The notes: a model not told the origin generated them from the letters alone. Shown: positions 21,595 to 39,971, counted from the first letter of the stretch. The stretch: DNA of 64,000 nucleotides from Ranitomeya imitator (GCF_032444005.1 NC_091288.1:201810001-201874000), one strand, 5' to 3'. Translations and numbers: made by a program.

Positions 21595-24500
21595 GTGCTG
21601 CGGAAAAACAAGATGAAAATATTTCCTGGTAGGAAGGAAAACACTGAGGCCGGAGCTGGAGGCGCCTGTTATATGTACAGGCTTACTGCGCACTGATTGG
21701 CTGCTGAGCTGCACCGTTCTGAGCTTCTATTGGCTGACACTGGACATAAACCCCGCCTCCTCCCAGCTGAGTCCGGGTGAAGCACCGCTCTCTCCTTGTG
21801 CTTCCCTGCCCGGGATAAAAGCCCTTTACCGGCTAACACCGGACAGCAGAGCGCGCTTCCTCCATCGCCTCTCCTTCTCCAACATCTCCACCGGCCATTT
21901 GTAGCCGTCACTAGCAGAGATGCCGGGAAAGAGCGGAGAACAAATCCCGGGATTATCGCCGCCGTCCTCCCGATCTGCACCTCACTGTGTATCCGGGGAG
22001 ATAAATCTGCTGCGGGAGCTCGTTCCTCCTATTCCCGGCTCTTGTCACCATCACAGGGATCTTTACTCCAATGTCTATCGTACAGGGAGCTGATTGTACG
22101 ATGTGGGGACGAGCTGGAGCTGCTGAGAACCCAGAAGGGTAACACAGGCGACGGCCTCCGCTGACTGCCCCCTCCCTGACCTGTGATATCACTGTACCCC
22201 GTATGTGCAGAGGATTGGGGGGACACGTGTTCCACACCAGTAGATGATCCACATCGGTGGCTGAGTGCAATCACCTGCCTGATATCTTGTCTTAGTGGTG
22301 GGAAAGAGCTCTGATGAGGCGACAGCTGCACAGTGCGACTCCCCAACCAAACACATGAACATCTCAGGGGAGAAAACTGAAATATTAACGGATGTATATG
22401 ACCCCCACTATTATGCAAAAGGGGAATATTGGGAGAAGAGCGGAGACACAAAATCCAGCGTCTACACAGAGAACACAGCTGTATATAGTATATATAGTGC
22501 ACAGCATCACATCTGCACAGCCCAGATCAGCAGTGTAATAAGTGCCACTGATAATAGAGGAGAGGGTACAGTATATACAGCAGAGTGTACAGTATATAGA
22601 GCAGTGTATAGTATATACAGCAGTGTACAGTATATAGAGCAGTGTATAGTATAGTGCGGTGTGTACAGTATATAGAGCGGTGTGTGCAGTATATACAGCA
22701 GAGTACACTGTATGTAGACCAGAGTGTACAGTATATACAGCAGAGTACACAGTATATAGACCAGAGTGTACAGTATACAGAGCAGTGTGTGCAGTATATG
22801 CAGCAGAGTACACAGTATATAGAGCAGTGTACAGTATATACAGCAGTGTACAGTATTTACAGCAATGTACAGTAAATAGACCAGAGTGTACAGTATATAG
22901 AGCAGTGTACAGTAGTGCGGTGTGTGCAGTATATAGAGCAGAGTATACAGTATATACAGCAGAGTACAGTATATAGAGCAGAGTGCACAGTATAAAGAGC
23001 TGTGTGTACAGTATATACAGGAGAGGGTACAGTACATAGAGCAGTGTGTACAGTATATAGAGCACTGTACACAGTATATACAGCAGTGTGTACAGTATGT
23101 AGAGGAGAGTGTAGAGTATGTACAGCAGTGTGTACAGTATATAGATCATTGTGTGCATTATATAGAGCAAAGCGTTCAGTATATAGAGCAGTGTGCAGTA
23201 TAGTGCGGTGTATATAGAGCAGTGTATACAGTATACTATTATTATTTTTTTATATAGCACCATTGATTCCATGGTGCTGTACATGAGCGGTGACCTCCCA
23301 AAGTGTAGAGGAACAATTCAAGAGTGTGGGGTACTTATTTCAGAATTCGGGGGGGGGGGGGGGGGGGGGGTTAACGGCCCGGGGGGGGGCATTTTTTTGA
23401 GGGGCATTACTTGTGGGCAAGGTCAATTTGGGGGGTCACAGCTCAACCCGGTTTTGGGCTATCAACCCCAAATTTTCAGGGTGTGTAGAGTACCCCTAGC
23501 GAACCAATAGTGTAAAAAATTGAGGGTGGCACTTTGAGGGCACCCCAAAACTAATGCCCCCCCCCCCCCCAAAAAAAAAAAAAAAAAAAAAAATGCCCCC
23601 CTCCCATTAACCTAAAAATTCTGAAAAAAAAAATAGCCCAACTAATGAATTGTTCCTCTACACACTATGAAAATTTGACGTCGATAGCCCCAATCTGGGC
23701 TGAGCAGTTACCCCCCAAAGCTGCCCTGCCCATTGAAGCTTATCGCGCGCAGGGTCACTGCCCAGCCTGGTTTGTGCCTACCGACCCCACATTTTCAGGG
23801 TGTGTAGAGGAACAATTCAAGAGTGTCGGGTAATTTGTTCAGAAGTTTGGGGGTCGGGAAGGGGGGCATATTTTTGGGGTGATCTCAAAATGCCCCCCAC
23901 ATTTTTGCAGCACTGGTCCACTAGAGCTATGGGTACGCTACACACCCTGAAAATGTGTGGTTGATAGCCACAAACAGGGCTGAGCAGAGACTCCCCAAAG
24001 TGACCCTGCCCATTGAAGTCTATGGTGCGCAAGGTCACTGCTCAGCCCGATTTGGGTCTGTCGACCACAAATTCTCAGGGTGTGTAGAGGAACACTTTAA
24101 GAGTGTGTGGTAATTTTTTTCAGAATGTTTTGGGTCAACCGGGGCATTTTTTGGTGGGGCACAACGTTTGGGTTGCCCTCAAAAGCCCCCCAAAGTTTTA
24201 CACCACACCTCCTTTGCTACATATCGAAGTATTGGCAATGCTGATGAGTATACTGGACCCCGCGATCACTTGGCTGGATGTGGGAATGTGCAGAGGAAAA
24301 ATGAGGATAATGAACGGGATTACAGCAGCACCCCACATGCGGATGGTGGTGCCGAGAAAATCTAGTACATCAGCCTCATTCTGGAGAGGTGCTGACATGA
24401 AGGATTGATCAGCTCTCCGTGAGAGAGAGCGAGAAAGAAAGAGAGAGAGAAAGCCTGATGTGACGCTACCGGGTCTCGGGTGGGGGAAGTCGCCGGTTCT

Positions 24501-25649
24501 GTAAAGCGAGTGTGTAGTGGGGGTCAGCACACACACGGCGACTAAGGAGTTAAATGGAGGCGGATATTCCTGTATCTGGGATTGGTCGGCGCCTGCGGAT
24601 GTCTCTCGCTCATTGGCTGATTACAGATCCGTTGATGGTTTTGAATTTCCCGCTCAATATCTGTTCTTTGTCCGTCGGATTATTACCGGCCCCTCTGCTG
24701 GAGCGGCGATCGCCGATAATACCGGGTCCTGTCCTCCCAGCTGTCTGCCCCCAAACACGGGGATCGGTTTGCTTATCGGTTGCCATTAATATTCTGGGGA
24801 GGTTATAATAGTCTTCAGAGGCGCCTTCCATCCGAAACATTAGTGTCCAGGACGTGGTCATCACATAGGAGTCTCCGTACCCGGTACACAGGGCGTCCGT
24901 CTATCCAGCTGCCTCAGACAGCCACATTCCCTGTGAATATTCGCTGCCCCCTGTTCAGTATAACATCAAGTAGCAGAATCAACACATTCATCTCACGGCA
25001 GGACTGTAGTAACCGCATCACTCCGGGGTTTGTACTGTGTGCATAGAGGGGCCTCCGGGAGGCAGTGTGCGGATATATCCCCCATAAATCTGTGAGGTTT
25101 GAGATCAATAAGAAGAAACCGCATCACCCGAAGTTTGCGGTGCCGGCTCTAGTATGGAAAGACGGGGAGGAAAATAAGAGGGGAGAGTATAGAAGACACG
25201 TCCCAGGCTGTGACCGATACTACAGGCAGCCGCACGGGGGATATTGTGCCCTGCAGAGACGCTGCGCCCGATACTAATCAGCGCCCAATAAAAGCAGGAT
25301 CTTAGGACAACATCTTAACAGATTTAGAAAACGCCGGGAGTTGCTCCGTTATTAGAGCTGTAGAGGGATCTGCTTGGGAAAACCAGGTTAGTCTTTCTAG
25401 GTCAAAATATTGGAAAAGACCCTAGTCCCAGATCACACACTGCGGGCACATCCCAGAATCTGGATAATGCGGCTTCATTCCTTCGACCGGGAACCCACAG
25501 CATTAGTGGCTCAGTAAAGGTTCTAAACGATATATTAACTTTATAACCACCAGGAACCAGAGCGCAGGAATAGGAAGGTGCAGCCTCTCACTGAGATGTG
25601 GGTGGCTCTGAAAAGAGCCTTTGGGTTGTGAAGACAGAAGAGAACACAA

Positions 25650-25970
<321 letters not shown>

Positions 25971-28684
25971 TCAGTGAGCAAAAACTGATTCCTGGACAGC
26001 ACGGACTGCTCCTTTATATGGAGGAAGAATGGACCAGAGAGAGAACTGCAGAGATGACGCACTTCCGGGACGGGTCTTCCAGAATCTACATTTGCCCCTC
26101 CCTTCCTCTGCTGATTGGCTGACCACAGAACTGTTGGGACGTTTGAGTTTCCCGCTCATTGGTCATATTCTGCAATTATCTTCCCAGCTTGTATTTTATG
26201 CAATTTCTTTCCCTTGTGACTAAAGATATCCCACATATTTTCATCACCGTTCCAGATCATCGTGGTTCATACCATCCACAATGTATGATGCCCCCACTTA
26301 TCCCGCACACAGTATGCTGCCCCCAAAGTTATCCTCCACATAGTATGATGCCCCCTACACAGCAAGATAACCACACAGTAGGATGCCCCCACAGTTACTG
26401 TTTAAGGGTATGATATCCCCAGTTACTCCGAAAACAGTATGATGCCCTAAGTTACCCCCCCCCCCCCCCCCCCCAACACACACACAGGAAATATGATGCA
26501 CCCACAGTTACACCCTATACAATGTGATACCCCCAGAGCGACCCATCCTCAGTGTAATGTAATGATTAACAATTGTTCATGTTATGGTGAAAGTCTTCCA
26601 TTAATGGAGATTTGGAAGGGTGAAAGAAGCAAGAGAAATTAGAAGAGATATTTCATCAGATCAACATCTGGTGATTAAATGTTCATTTTTGCCATTACCT
26701 CATGTACAAATCACAAACCAGAGAGACACATTTTTATGCAGTTTTTTATATATCATGTTATGCTTTAGTAATGCAAAATCACATGACTGGGCCTTTAATT
26801 GTAAAGTACAAATTATTAGGGGTTTTTTTGCTTCTTTTTCATTGTTTGTCTTAATGTGAAAACTGTACTGGCAGCAAAAGGGTTAAAAAACCAGTGTAAC
26901 AGAAAAATGATCCCTACTACATTGCCCTCTATAGTGCCAGAGGCATTTACTCTCTTACAACCAGGACTTACTTCTTAGGCGTTAGGGCAGTGAACCCATT
27001 AAATGCTGCAGGTCAGTTACTGAGTAGCTGTATGATGGCTCCTGGGTCCCAGTAGGGCACTGTATGAAATACCAGGTCGGATCCACTGCCAATTACAGCA
27101 CAAAGCCATTTTTGGCAGTGAAATCTGATTAAGAAAAGTCCCTTCAACATCCACACCAGTAGCAATATGCATCGTGCATCCCCCCATAAAGTGGTTTTGA
27201 CGTCCTGCAGCAGTGACAGGGGAGTCTAGCGAAGATAATCGCTGTTTTTCGGCAAGGAACATTCCATGTTATCCAAATCAATTTTCTTTATGACCCCAGT
27301 GGCCCATTCTGGTGGGCGCTCCTGCCGGCCCCAACAACGTCCCCGCCTGCCATTTGCGTTTCTTTTATCGTGTGCTCCAGCCAGTCTCTTCCATGCTGTT
27401 CGGAGGGATCAGTGTCCCCATTGCAGTTTGGGCTACACAGCGAGAAGGATTTCACAAGCCTTTAATGCCACTGGCCGGTCACAGTCACACAGACAAGTCA
27501 ATAAGGCCGGAAAAAGCCCGACTCTTTCACATGTAACCAGAGCGTCGGAGATGGAACCTGAGCTTCTGCTAGATGGCAGCCCTATAGTGTAAGGGCACGT
27601 TAGGGACGGCCCCATCTCCAATATTTGTGACATATACACATATAGGAATCCTTAGCCAAACAGTAAACACCTTTACCAAAGTCACGGTTTGTTTAGAAGT
27701 CCGACAGCCGAGCAGGTGCGTTTGGAGGTCTGGCAGCAGGGCAGCGCATTTCGAGATCCAACAGCTGTGGAGGTGCGTTTCAAGATCCGACAGCCAACGA
27801 AGAGTATTTCGATGTCCGACAGCCGGGTAGATGTGCTTCGAGGTCCAGCAGCCGCGGCGGAGTGATTCGAGGTCCTGTCACGTAGATATATATCCAGTTA
27901 GTGCAGTGTACGGGGGAACACAGGTGTTGGTTCTGCCCCGTATATATATATATTTACAGTGTATACATTGTTTGCGGTGTATAGGGAACACAGCGCTACC
28001 GGGGCCTGGGGTGAAGGTGCCGCATCTTTGGATACTCTGATGAGAGATCAGCTGGAACACGGAAAATAAGAAGTTAAATGGAGGAGACACGTCTGTGTAC
28101 CTGATGTACGTAGATGTCTCTCCTCCATTTAACGTCCTATTTTCAAGGCTGAGCTTTCCCAAGGCTGCCCGCTCATTGTCTTATCACATGATCCTTTGGG
28201 GGATTTGAGTTTCCCGCTCATAATCTCTGGAGGATTATTACCGGTCACTGCCGATAGCGGAGATCACAATCCGGTCACACCCGGAACAGCGCGGAGTCCT
28301 GTCCTCCAGAGCCGCCGCACACGGGATCGTCCTCCGAGAGAAGGCGCCGTCACTGATGTGGAGGAGAATCACCCGCCCGGTCCCCTTACTGCGGGACCTG
28401 CTAACTACATGTAGACCTCAGCGCGGAGTATCAGACACTAATGAGGGGACATTTCCTGCGAGCTTGGCAGACGACACTCCCACCTGAGGGGTCTGAGACT
28501 TCATGTGGGATTGACCCATTCATCTCCTATTATTCTGTGGATATGTGCACCAACAATGGCGGCAATGGTGTATGTACCATCAGCCTCATGTGAGGACCCC
28601 GAGATAGGCGGCGCCGGCTCTTGTGGTGACGGTGTGGGTGGCTCTTAGAAGAGCCTTTGGTTTTGTAGAGATTGGCGGCAGCGC

Positions 28685-29146
<462 letters not shown>

Positions 29147-30931
29147 TTATATAGTCTGCTGCTCCGCCCTCCTCTCCTGTCATTGGATGACTCTGAAGCT
29201 GGCCAATGGGGAAGAGTCTTGAGGAACCGCCAATGAGCTGCCGAGGGCGGAGCTTATTATTGCTCCTTGCTCAAATTAGTTTCTCACCCAATAGAAAACG
29301 TTCGCTTTGGACCGAATAGATAAGGGGTGAAAACAGATATTTGTCTTGGAGCAGAAGGAAGTGCAGAAATATTCTGTTGATTTGTAGTTTGCACTTGTTG
29401 AATTTGTGTCTACTATCAGCCATAAATTGCACTGACAGTCTGGTGGGTGAGGGGTTAATCCCTGTCAGTGCTTCTCCTCCGCTCCATCTGCACAGGAGGC
29501 GGCTCCTCACTCACCCGCTTATTACCCTGTGCAGATTCCCTGTGGTGTCCGCGCTGATCCTATCACAGCCTGACTGAGACAAGTCTCCTATGTTCTGCCC
29601 GGAGCCTGATGTGACGCTGCCGGTCCCGGGTGGGGGAAGTCGCCGCTTCTGTATTGTATGATACAATATTGTTCTGCTCCAGGAAGACATCCAGGCCTCT
29701 CTTGAACCCCTCGACTGAGTTCGCCATCACCACCTCCTCAGGCAAGCAATTCCAGATTCTCACCGCCCTAACAGTAAAGAATCCTCTTCTATGTTGGTGG
29801 AAAAACCTTCTCTCCTCCAGACGCAAAGAATGCCCCCTTGTGCCCGTGGCCTTGGTATAAACCTTGGTATAAACAGATCCTCAGCGAGATATTTCTATTG
29901 TCCCCTTATATACTTATACATGGTTATTAGATCGCCCCTCAGTCGTCTTTTTCTAGACTAAATAATCCTAATTTCGCTAATCTATCTGGGTATTGTAGTT
30001 CTCAATAGAATTGTAGTTCTCAATACCCAGATAGTGGTAATGTTCTGAGCAGGGACACTCCGCAATCTTCTACACATGATCGTACATTTCCCATCACAGA
30101 GGGATCTGCTGGGAAGGGCAGAATTGGTCTTCCCTGAAATGTCTCTTGTAGGATACGTCCCTGACCAGTATATCGTCTGCACAGTACTGATTGTGACGGG
30201 AAAGGGACGATCTGATCGTCTCCAGGTCAGGCACACGGGCACATCACAGCATGTGGAGAACACGAATCAGTCTCTATATCTATGAGTGGAAACAGGAGCG
30301 AATACTGCACCGCTAACCTGGAAATCTGCAGACTCCTGTGTGGGATGTAAGAGAGCAATGATCGCTCAACACAAGCAGATTTCCCGATATCGGTCCTGGG
30401 AGCACGTGTCATATGAAGACAAAGGACGGAAAAAAGCGGGAACTTTAAACTTTTTACCATTGGAAACATTAGCTCCTCCCTCTGCTGATTGGCTGAACAC
30501 AGGACGGTTAGGGGGGTTTGAATTTCCCGCCGCTTCTAAATGTAATGACGTCATTTACACTGTAAAAAGAATTCAATTAGGCTCTAGATCAACTCCACCG
30601 ACCACCACAAATGGCTCCTGTTAACGGAGAAAGGAGAGTAATGAACGAGACCCCAGAATGCCGAGATCTGTGCAGCAAGGGGTTAAATAAGTCCCTGAAT
30701 ACACATCAACTCACTGAGCAATGCCCAGATTATTCCTGAGGTTTTCTCACTATCTCCCTCGTCATCAGACGCAGAGCCCCGGGCGGTGCGAGCAGACACC
30801 TCGGGGAGACGGGAGAGGACACCGGAGCAGTGTGGGTGGCTCTTATAGTGAGGGTGTAGGTGGCTCTTATAGGGAGGGTGTGGGTGGCTCTTAGAAGAGC
30901 CTTTGGGGTGAGGAGCGGAGCACGGANNNNN

Positions 30932-31408
<477 letters not shown>

Positions 31409-34400
31409 TCAGACCGCCGTGCTATTGGGTGATGAAGTCATGTGACCAACGGGAACGTCAGACGCTCCGCCCACTGCAGCTGATTGGTGGTTCTCCAACT
31501 GATATTTCGCTTTTCAGCACCCTCCATATAGCGCTGTAAAACACGTATAATGCTGAATACATCTAAATAGTGCTGTGAAGCGCCATATACCGCAGTGCAC
31601 CCTCATATAGTGCTCTATGTGTTAATGTAGCTCTGTTTACCCTTCATGTGCTGCAGTATACTCCAATATAGTGCTGCTATTCATCTGTATAGTGCAGAGT
31701 GCCCCCATATACTGCAACTTACTGACAAATGACTGTGCCACTTCCAGAGCTCGGCCGTCATGGCCCTGCAGGAGGCCAGCGAGGCTTATCTGCTGGGGAG
31801 TCTGGGGATGTACTAGATTTTCTCGGCACCACCATCCGCATGTGGGGTGCTGCTGTAATCCCGTTCATTATCCTCATTTTTCCTCTGCACATTCCCACAT
31901 CCAGCCAAGTGATCGCGGGGTCCAGTATACTCATCAGCATTGCCAATACTTCGATATGTAGCAAAGAAGGAGTGGTGTAAAAATTTGGGGGGCATTTTGA
32001 GGGCAACCCAAACGTTGTGCCCCACCAAAAAATGTCCCGGTTGACCCAAAACATTCTGAAAAAAATTACCACACACTCTTATAGTGTTCCTCTACACACC
32101 CTGAGAATTTGTGGTCGACAGACCCAAACCGGGCTTAGCAGTGACCTTGCGCACCACAGACTTCAATGGGCAGGGTCACTTTGGGGAGTCTCTGCTCAGC
32201 CCAGTTTGTGGCTATCATCAACCCCAAATGTTCAGGGTGTGTAGCTCTAGTGGACCAGTGCTGTAAAAATTTAGGGGGCATTTTGAGATGACCCAAAACA
32301 TATGCCCCTCCCCACCCCCAAACTTCTGAACAAATTACCCGACACTCTTGAATTGTTCCTCTACACACCCTGAACATTTGGGGTCGATGGGCACAAACTA
32401 GGCTGAGCAGTGACCCTGCGCGCGATAGGCTTCCATGGGCAGGGCAGCTTTGGGGGGTAACTGCTCAGCACAGATTGGGGCTATCGACTTCAAATTTTCA
32501 TAGTGTGTAGAGGAATAATTCATGAGTGTGGGCTATTTTTTTTCTGAATACCTTGCTCTATATACTGTACACACTGCTCTAGATATTGTACACTGCTCTA
32601 TATACTGTACACACTGCTCTATATATTGTATACTGCTCTATATACTGTACACTGATTTACATACTGTACCCTCTCCTGTATATACTGTACACACTGCTAC
32701 TGTACACTCTGGTCTATATACTGTGTACTCTGCTGTATATACTGTACACACTGCTCTATATACTGTACGCTCTGGTCTATAATACTGTACACTGCTGTAT
32801 ATACTGTTCACACTGCTCTATATACTGTACACTGCTCTAAATACTGTACACACTGCTCTATATACTGTATATACTGTATATATACTGTATATATTGCTGT
32901 ATATATACTGTATATATACTGTATATATTGCTGTATATACTGTACAATCTGTTGCACAGTCTGTATACACTGCTGTATATACTGTATACTCTGCTCTATA
33001 TACTGTACACACGGCACTATGCTATACACTGCTCTATATACTGTACACTCTGGTCTATAAACTGGACACTGCTGTATATACTGTACTCTGCTTTATATAC
33101 TGTACACACTGTTGTATATACTGTAGACTCTCCTCTATTATCTGTGACACTTATTACACTGCTGATCTGGGCTGTGCAGATGTGATGTTGTGCACTATAT
33201 ATACTATATACAGCTGTGTTCTCTGTGTAGACGCTGGATTTTGTGTCTCCGCTTTTCTCCCAATATTCCCCTTTTGCACAACAGTGGGGGTCACATACAT
33301 GCATGAATATTTCAGTTTTCTCCCGAGATGTTCATGTGTTTGGTTGGGGAGTCGCGCTGTGCAGCTGTCGCCTCATCATCAGAGCTCTTCCCTCCATTAC
33401 AGGCCGCAGCGGTCACAGCTTCACACTGGGTAAGACACGATATCAGGCAGGTGATTGCAATCAGCCCCCGATATGGATCATCTACTGATGTGGAACACGT
33501 GTCCCCCCAATACTCTGCACATACGGGGTAGAGTGATATCACAGGTCAGGGAGGTGGCAGTCAGCGGAGGCCGTCGCCTGTGTTACCCTTCTGGGTTCTC
33601 AGCAGCTCCAGCTGGTCCCCACATCGTACAATCAGCTTCCTGTGCGATAGACACTGGAGTAAAGATCCCTGTGATGGTGACAAGAGCCGGGAATAGGAGG
33701 AACGAGCTCCCGCAGCAGATTTATCTACCCGGACACACAGTGATGTGCAGATCGGGAGGACGGCGGCGATGATCCCGGGATTTCCTCTCCGCAATTTCTA
33801 GGCGTTTCCACTAGTGACGGCTACAAACGGTCGGTGGAGATGATGGAGAAGGAGAAGCGACGGAGGAATCGCGCTCTGCTGTCCGGTGTTAGCCGGTAAA
33901 GGGTTTTTATCCCGGGCAGGGAAGCACAAGGGGAGAGCGGAGCTTCACTACCTGCCAGCCCTTATGCCGAAGTGATCAGATTCTATTCTGTGTAATCCGC
34001 TCATGTAACCAATATTGGCGGAGGCTGCGGGGAGTTATAGATTTCATGTCTTATAAAAGCAGCTCAGCGGGTTATCGATTGTGCAGAGGTGTCAGTATGT
34101 GCATGTATATATGTGTATGTACATACCCCATACACCCTTGTATCATTTACCAAATAGTACCGTAACAATGAACAGCATCAGCGGTTCCAGCTCCATAATG
34201 CAAACAGGGGGCAGCACAATAAGATGGGGGCAAACACCAGTATATGTCAGGACTCGGGAGACTTAATGTTAGTCAGATAGGAGCTCTGCACTTCCGCAGC
34301 CATTTAATCTCATTCAATGAGCCACCACCTCCTCCCCGCAGAGCTGTATGATCAGTGCCACCACCTTCTCCCAACAGAGCTGTATGATCAGTGCCACCAC

Positions 34401-37400
34401 CTCCTCCTCGCAGAGCTGTATGATCAGTGCCACCACCTCATCCCCGCAGAGCTGTATGATCAGAGCAACCACCTTCTCCCCACAGAGCTGTATGATCAGT
34501 GCCATCACCCACTCCCCGCAGAGCTGTATGATCAGTGCCACCACCTCCTCGCAGAGCTGTATGATCAGTGCCACCACCTCCTCCCCACGGAACTGTATGA
34601 TCAGTGCCACCGCCTCCTCCCCGCAGAGCTGTATGATCAGTGCCACCACCTCCTCCTCGCAGAGCTGTATGATCAGTGCCACCACCTCCTCCCCGCAGAG
34701 CTGTATGATCAGAGCAACCACCTTCTCCCCACAGAGCTGTATGATCAGTGCCATCACCCACTCCCCGCAGAGCTGTATGATCAGTGCCACCACCTCCTCG
34801 CAGAGCTGTATGATCAGTGCCACCACCTCCTCCCCACGGAACTGTATGATCAGTGCCACCGCCTCCTCCCCGCAGAGCTGTATGATCAGTGCCACCACCT
34901 CCTCCTCCCTGCAGAGCTGTATGATCAGTGCCACCACCTCCTCCTCCCTGCAGAGCTGTATGATCAGTGCCACCACCTCCTCCTCCCCGCAGAGCTGTAT
35001 GATCAGTGCCACTACCTCCTCCCCGCAGAGCTGTATGATCAGAGCAACCACTTCCTCCCCAGCAGAGCTATATGATCAGTGCCACCACCTTCTCCCCACA
35101 GAGCTGTATGATCAGTGCCACCACCTTCTCCCCTTCATTGTCTGTTCTAGTTATATGGAGATAATGGTCCTTGTATGCAATGTCCAGTAATGATTCCCGA
35201 GAGCAGCAGACGCTCCCTGAGGACCCATCTATGCCCAGCAGAGGACACTCATAGCCAGAGACCGGTACCGGGAGTTCCCTCTCCTCACGCTGCAGAACAG
35301 CAGAGCGGGCTGGGGACTAGTGACCGGTGTCACCCGCACTCAGAGCAGCCTGCAGCTGAAGGAGGAATCCCCCCTAACAAGGAATGTGCCAGTGACACCC
35401 TGACAGCGGAGAAAGGACAGGCAGAACACGCAGCAGCCGGGACTCTCCTCGCTGCGAGCTCCGGTACACAGAGGGGGGCAGGAAGTTCCGGGCTCAGGAG
35501 ACGGGGACATCACCTGCCATGGGGTGTAAGGGGATGATCTGTAGCGCTGCATCTAATTATTGGGGGAAGCTCATTATCACTTACCAGACGCATTCAGGTG
35601 ACATTAATGAGCCGCAGGCAGCGAGGCCGCCGAGTACTGTCCTCAATGGGGAGCAGCATTATAACAATGAGAATAACTTGCCCCCACTGTGATTTTCTTG
35701 TTATACGAATTGACGGTTTACTTTATTTTAATAACACTTGTATTGCAAATGACAGAGATCATAAAACTTAGATATAACCTGTTTCTTCATATGAAGATTT
35801 ACATTCACAGAACATTTATTATCTTCCCGTAGAAGATAATGACAACAGCTTAGATGGATAAAACCATAAGCAATGGAGAAAGAACACAGAGAAAGAATTC
35901 CAAAACCTGTCATTCCTCAGTTGCTGGAGCTGTAGAATGATGGGCTGCACAGATTTTAGAGGATCATCTCTTCATTGTAATAGCTGAATCATTGGAATAG
36001 TGATATCCAGCAGGAGACATATGTCAGGACTAATAGTAACAATGCAACAATGAGGCAGACTGAGGTGTGCACTGACTTGCAGAGAAGCAGCAGTAGTCTG
36101 AAGAAGCTGACAATTAAGAACAGCTGTGTACAACCATCTCCTATCTGTAAGCCGCTAGGAAATTAATTGTTAAACACTTATCTGCTTTTGGAGGCAAAAA
36201 AAGACGCTAAATGCTCCTGAGTAACCTCATATCTTGTATTTTACTAACATGTTTTTCTTTTCCCTTATTTAGGCTATTCAATTTTAGTTACCATATTACA
36301 TTTCTCCTGTAACTCTGACCTGCTTGGACTGTTGTCTTTTCCTACACTTTTATCATATTTGATCCTTTTTCTTACCCTATTAAAATTTATATTTACCGTC
36401 CCTCTTTTATTTATGTCTGATATAAAACTGTTTGTGTGTATTGATTATACTTTAAAAAACAAAAAAAACTACAAATCGCTCTGAGTTCAGTGGCTTTTTA
36501 TTCCAGCTCTTGCTCCATGGATCGTCCGATACTTTGTGGTCTCGTATTAATTGAAGTTTATGATTCTCACTTTGTTTCTCCAAAGAAAACATTTATTTAT
36601 TAAATGACTCCACGGTGATTTGGAAGGTGATTACAGGAGATTGCTGTTGGTGGACTTTATATCACATCACAAGAAGCTGCGGAAACTACAACAAGCGGGA
36701 AATTCAAAATTCCTACCCGCCCTGTGTGCAGCCAATCTGCAGAGGAAGGGGAGGGGCTAACGTTAACCGTTTAGGAACGTGGAGTTCCCGCTGAGTGGCT
36801 GATGAATTTTCCGTTTTTTGTCTTTCTGTAGTTTCAGGACGATCAGATGTCCGAAAAGTGTTTGTGTGGAGCGATCAATGGTCACTTGTGTCCCATACAG
36901 GAGTTTATATATTTCCAGGATCAAGGGAGAAGTATCCGCTTTCTATAATAGAAGGTGCAGAACTTTGCGACTATAGTGACTCCATCAGACCAGCAATATT
37001 CAGTGCAGGGAATATACAGAAACGAGGTCATGCAGATTAGAAACAATCTTAAAATTGGGGTGGGGAGTCTAAAATGCTGATTAATGTTATCTAGGGAAAC
37101 CTACTATAGAACTGTAAACTCCTGCAGTGAGAAGAATAACAGGAAATATCGCAGAGTAGATGGGCGCCCTGTATGGTCACATATGAGCATTCTTGCCGCA
37201 TCCAGTCCCATCACACATCAATATCTTTGCGGATTATTCTAGTATTGGTCCTGATCAGGGCGCACAGGGAAGGGGGGATGAGATTATTACATTTCCGCAT
37301 ATATGTATTTACTCCCCCACACACTGCAGACTGAGCCGCGAGTGACCCAGAGACCAGATGTTACCGAGCACAAGTGATCCCTCCGGGCATAATTATATGT

Positions 37401-37784
37401 GAGGAATGAGCTCGTCTTGAGGGAGGATTTGGTGGCTCTGAAAAGAGCCTTTGTGTTGTGGTCGGTGCCGGGGCAGATCTAAGCTCTCTCCCCACGGATC
37501 CGGCGGGCTTGGGAAAACCAGGTTTGTCTTTCTAGGTCAAAATATTGGAAAAGACTCTGGTCCCAGATCACACACTGCGGGCACATCCCAGAATCTGGAT
37601 AATGCGGCTTCATTCCTTCGACCGGGAACCCACAGCATTAGTGGCTCAGTAAAGGTTCTAAACGATATATTAACTTTAAAACCACCAGGAACAAGAGCGC
37701 AGGAATAGGAAGGTGCAGCCTCTCACTGAGATGTGGGTGGCTCTGAAAAGAGCCTTTGGGTTGTGAGGACAGAAGAGAACACAA

Positions 37785-38147
<363 letters not shown>

Positions 38148-39371
38148 TTATATAGAGAGTGAGCGGACCGGAGCGAGAACTGTACAGATGACGCGTTTCC
38201 GGGGCGAGATTTCTGGTACTGAATTTGCAGTTAGCCCCTCCCTTTAGTCTCTGATTGGTTGAGCACAGAACAGTTGCTAATTTTGAATTTCCCGCTTATT
38301 GTGCTCTTATTTCCCCGCTTCTCTATTCTTCTCATCTCGGCGCCGCTGCTAGATCTGTTGGTTATTTCGATTTTTTTTCATTGTTATTTATGTTGCTAGT
38401 TTCCAGCTTCTGCCAAATGTTAGCTAGTAGAATAAAAAATATATTCTAGGGACAATAATCTACAGAAAACTCGTGATCCCCGGCAGTCACTCATCATTAC
38501 ACGTGGTGCCGGACTGGCGGCCATTACCGGTCCCTCAGAGCAGGGAGCTGCATGTAACCAGTCACCCTGCGGCTCCAGCCCTGGAGAAGATGGGAAAAGT
38601 CAAATATACGAGAATTGCTTAACGACCCACCCACCACAAATGCGACCATCGCAGCACACGGGGGAGGGATCTGCTCAGACCAGTGTCAGGCAGAATAGAT
38701 CACATAAAGGCGTCATCACCGATCTGAGGGACAAATGAGGTTATTAACAGAAACTAAGCGCAGAGATCTCCGATCCGAACAAAAGAGAACAACCTAAAGC
38801 CGCAAGACTGAGGAGGCGGCACTAGGACCCAGCGCGTGCGACAGCAGATTGTGATCGGTTATGATCCTCAGGAGCGCGAGCAGCAAATGAGCGGGAATTT
38901 CAAATCCACCAGCGGATCGGTAAATGACCACAAAACATCAGCATAAAGAACCGTTCTCAGGAACCGACCAATCACCGATTACTTTTACTCCATTAACTCA
39001 ATAGTGACCGCGTTCCTGCAGATCCACCCCATTTACGTCTGCACTGTATAGGAACCGCACATCCACCACCGCAAACCCGGTTGTGCACTGTACACACTTT
39101 ACGCGGTCCTTATAACACGTCGGTTTTGTTATAGATGTCGGACACTTTTGGACTGGGCGAGAATAGAGAATGTGCAGAGCGATAACCAATATCGCTGATC
39201 ACCTGCAATATCGGAAGCAGCAGCCTCCGTCCATTAACTGATCGACCGTGCCTGCGCTTCGTACACGGAGAATACGCGCAGAAAAGGGACTGCTCAGGAA
39301 TCGGCTCATTTGGGAGAGACTTTGGTGGCTCTGAAAAGAGCCTTTGTGTTGTGGTCGCAGCCGGGGCAGAT

Positions 39372-39971
<600 letters not shown>

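Noticed and set aside
20225-21616. 463-aa + strand ORF running from the minisatellite through H1
   Set aside because: It is the antisense shadow of the Lys/Ala/Pro-rich H1 CDS joined to the repeat.
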